From Phoronis australis (Eukaryota; Animalia; Phoronida): a stretch of DNA of 64,000 nt. Below the pieces are notes generated by a model. That model was not told the DNA's origin. It saw only the letters and a list, made by a program, of their open reading frames with translations, and ran no database searches. The stretch's first letter is position 1, and every line of letters starts with the position of its first letter. Location of the stretch: positions 223,111 to 287,110 of the forward strand of contig NMRA01000520.1 of the NCBI GenBank assembly GCA_002633005.1, in the 5' to 3' direction. Shown piece by piece: positions 62,801 to 64,000 of this stretch. The position numbers and the translations under genes are program-made.

Positions 62801-63944
62801 CCAGGCATTTTCATATTTCCAATTGAAAGTGATTGTAAATATCTTTTTCATTCAGTGTCCTCTTTGACTGTTGATTTGTGGATTGGCATGCATAGGCGTA
62901 CCTGTGTGTGCGATTCCATTCTTTTAAATTCAGTACACGCCAACGGTAAGTTCCCTTTGGGCAGTCTTTCGTCGTCGCTCAAAAACCAGACATTTAACTA
63001 CCGTGTTTTCTTGCTCTGAGGAGCACCGACGGGCATGTTCACATTATTAGGAACAGTACAGGGTCTAGACCTAATAAAAATTTTGGTAAATGAAGAAAGC
63101 CTTCTCTTGTCATTGCCAATGGAGCACAGCCTCAAATACTTCATACGGGCAACAAACTTGATGGAAAAGATTTCCAAGGTTATATGTCCACCACGGCCAA
63201 CCCGCGATCGATGTCGCCTGGAAGACGGTCGAGAACGAGACCTTGCACCAAAAATGGGAGACGACGGTGACGTACCTGGTGAGTTTAAGTGTTATTTTTT
63301 TCTTAAATAGAGGCTACTTTGATACCACTGCGGCACACAGAAAACCGTCAGAGTGTAGCTTTTGTCGTGGATCTGAAATAACAATTGGCTTTTGCTTATT
63401 ATAAAATAAAGAGCTCAGAAAGCATTGACTTCCGGTAAAATGCCTTGCGCCTCGTAAAATCGACAATTTCTACTTGTTTTTAGCAATTCCAGGGTTCTTA
63501 AGCAGACACGTGTGACGTGTATAGTTTAATCGTCCTTGGTGACACGTTTGTTAGATATGATTTGTGAAACAATTGGAGATATTTACCAATGCAAGCAGGT
63601 CCTTGTGCGAGACGGCGATCGGGAACGAAGTCGATACTTCTTTATGGCGATCATAAACACAAAAAAGCGATTGTGAACGCACATTTTTTCTCTGCATTGG
63701 AATGAATAGTCGTCCAAGTTACGGTATTATGTCTATAATTCTAGAATAATACGGACCCTAAGTTAGTTTATGGGTTCATTATTAATTATATTTCATCGTT
63801 TGTTTCATGATTTCTTTGTGAGATTTAGCCTAACAAACATAACTGAATGTTTTCAGTTGACCTGTAGCCACATGACGAGTCCTTCAGGGAGTTAACGTAC
63901 ACGCCTTCAAAACGAGTATTACCACTGCTGCATGTCACAAAGGA

Positions 63945-63949
<5 letters not shown>

Positions 63950-64000
<51 letters not shown>
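63950..64000. repeat. (GT)n microsatellite running off the window end
   Basis: Perfect GT repeat. Confidence 0.98.

Overview
AT-rich eukaryotic genomic DNA with GT-AG introns and two N-gaps (9874-10688, 37024-37957), probably from a marine invertebrate (inference). Genes: two tandem plus-strand CLCA-family genes (calcium-activated chloride channel regulator, a zinc metalloprotease-VWA protein). One is 3'-partial (6 exons, 163-4509). The other is complete (15 coding exons, 22485-53505, 953 aa by my exon sum). Between them lies an intronless minus-strand ORF encoding only the N-terminal NAD-binding domain of glycerol-3-phosphate dehydrogenase. Mobile DNA: an inverted (head-to-head) Penelope-like retroelement with a hammerhead ribozyme motif at each outer end and a 12-15-bp target-site duplication (TSD); two copies of a foldback MITE with 5-bp TSDs; an Academ-like remnant nested in a hAT-like element; a TIR element nested in a split repeat; RTE-X-like and Tx1/L1-like LINE relics; and tRNA-derived SINEs. 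Most interesting signals: (1) a tRNA-headed, hammerhead-tailed non-autonomous element at 60355-60841 with the same inverted geometry as the Penelope element, a candidate Pol III SINE mobilised by Penelope-like elements (PLEs); (2) strong TACATGTA enrichment, with polarised evidence that the motif is being inserted de novo; (3) the stand-alone GPD1 N-domain ORF. All coordinates were read by eye.
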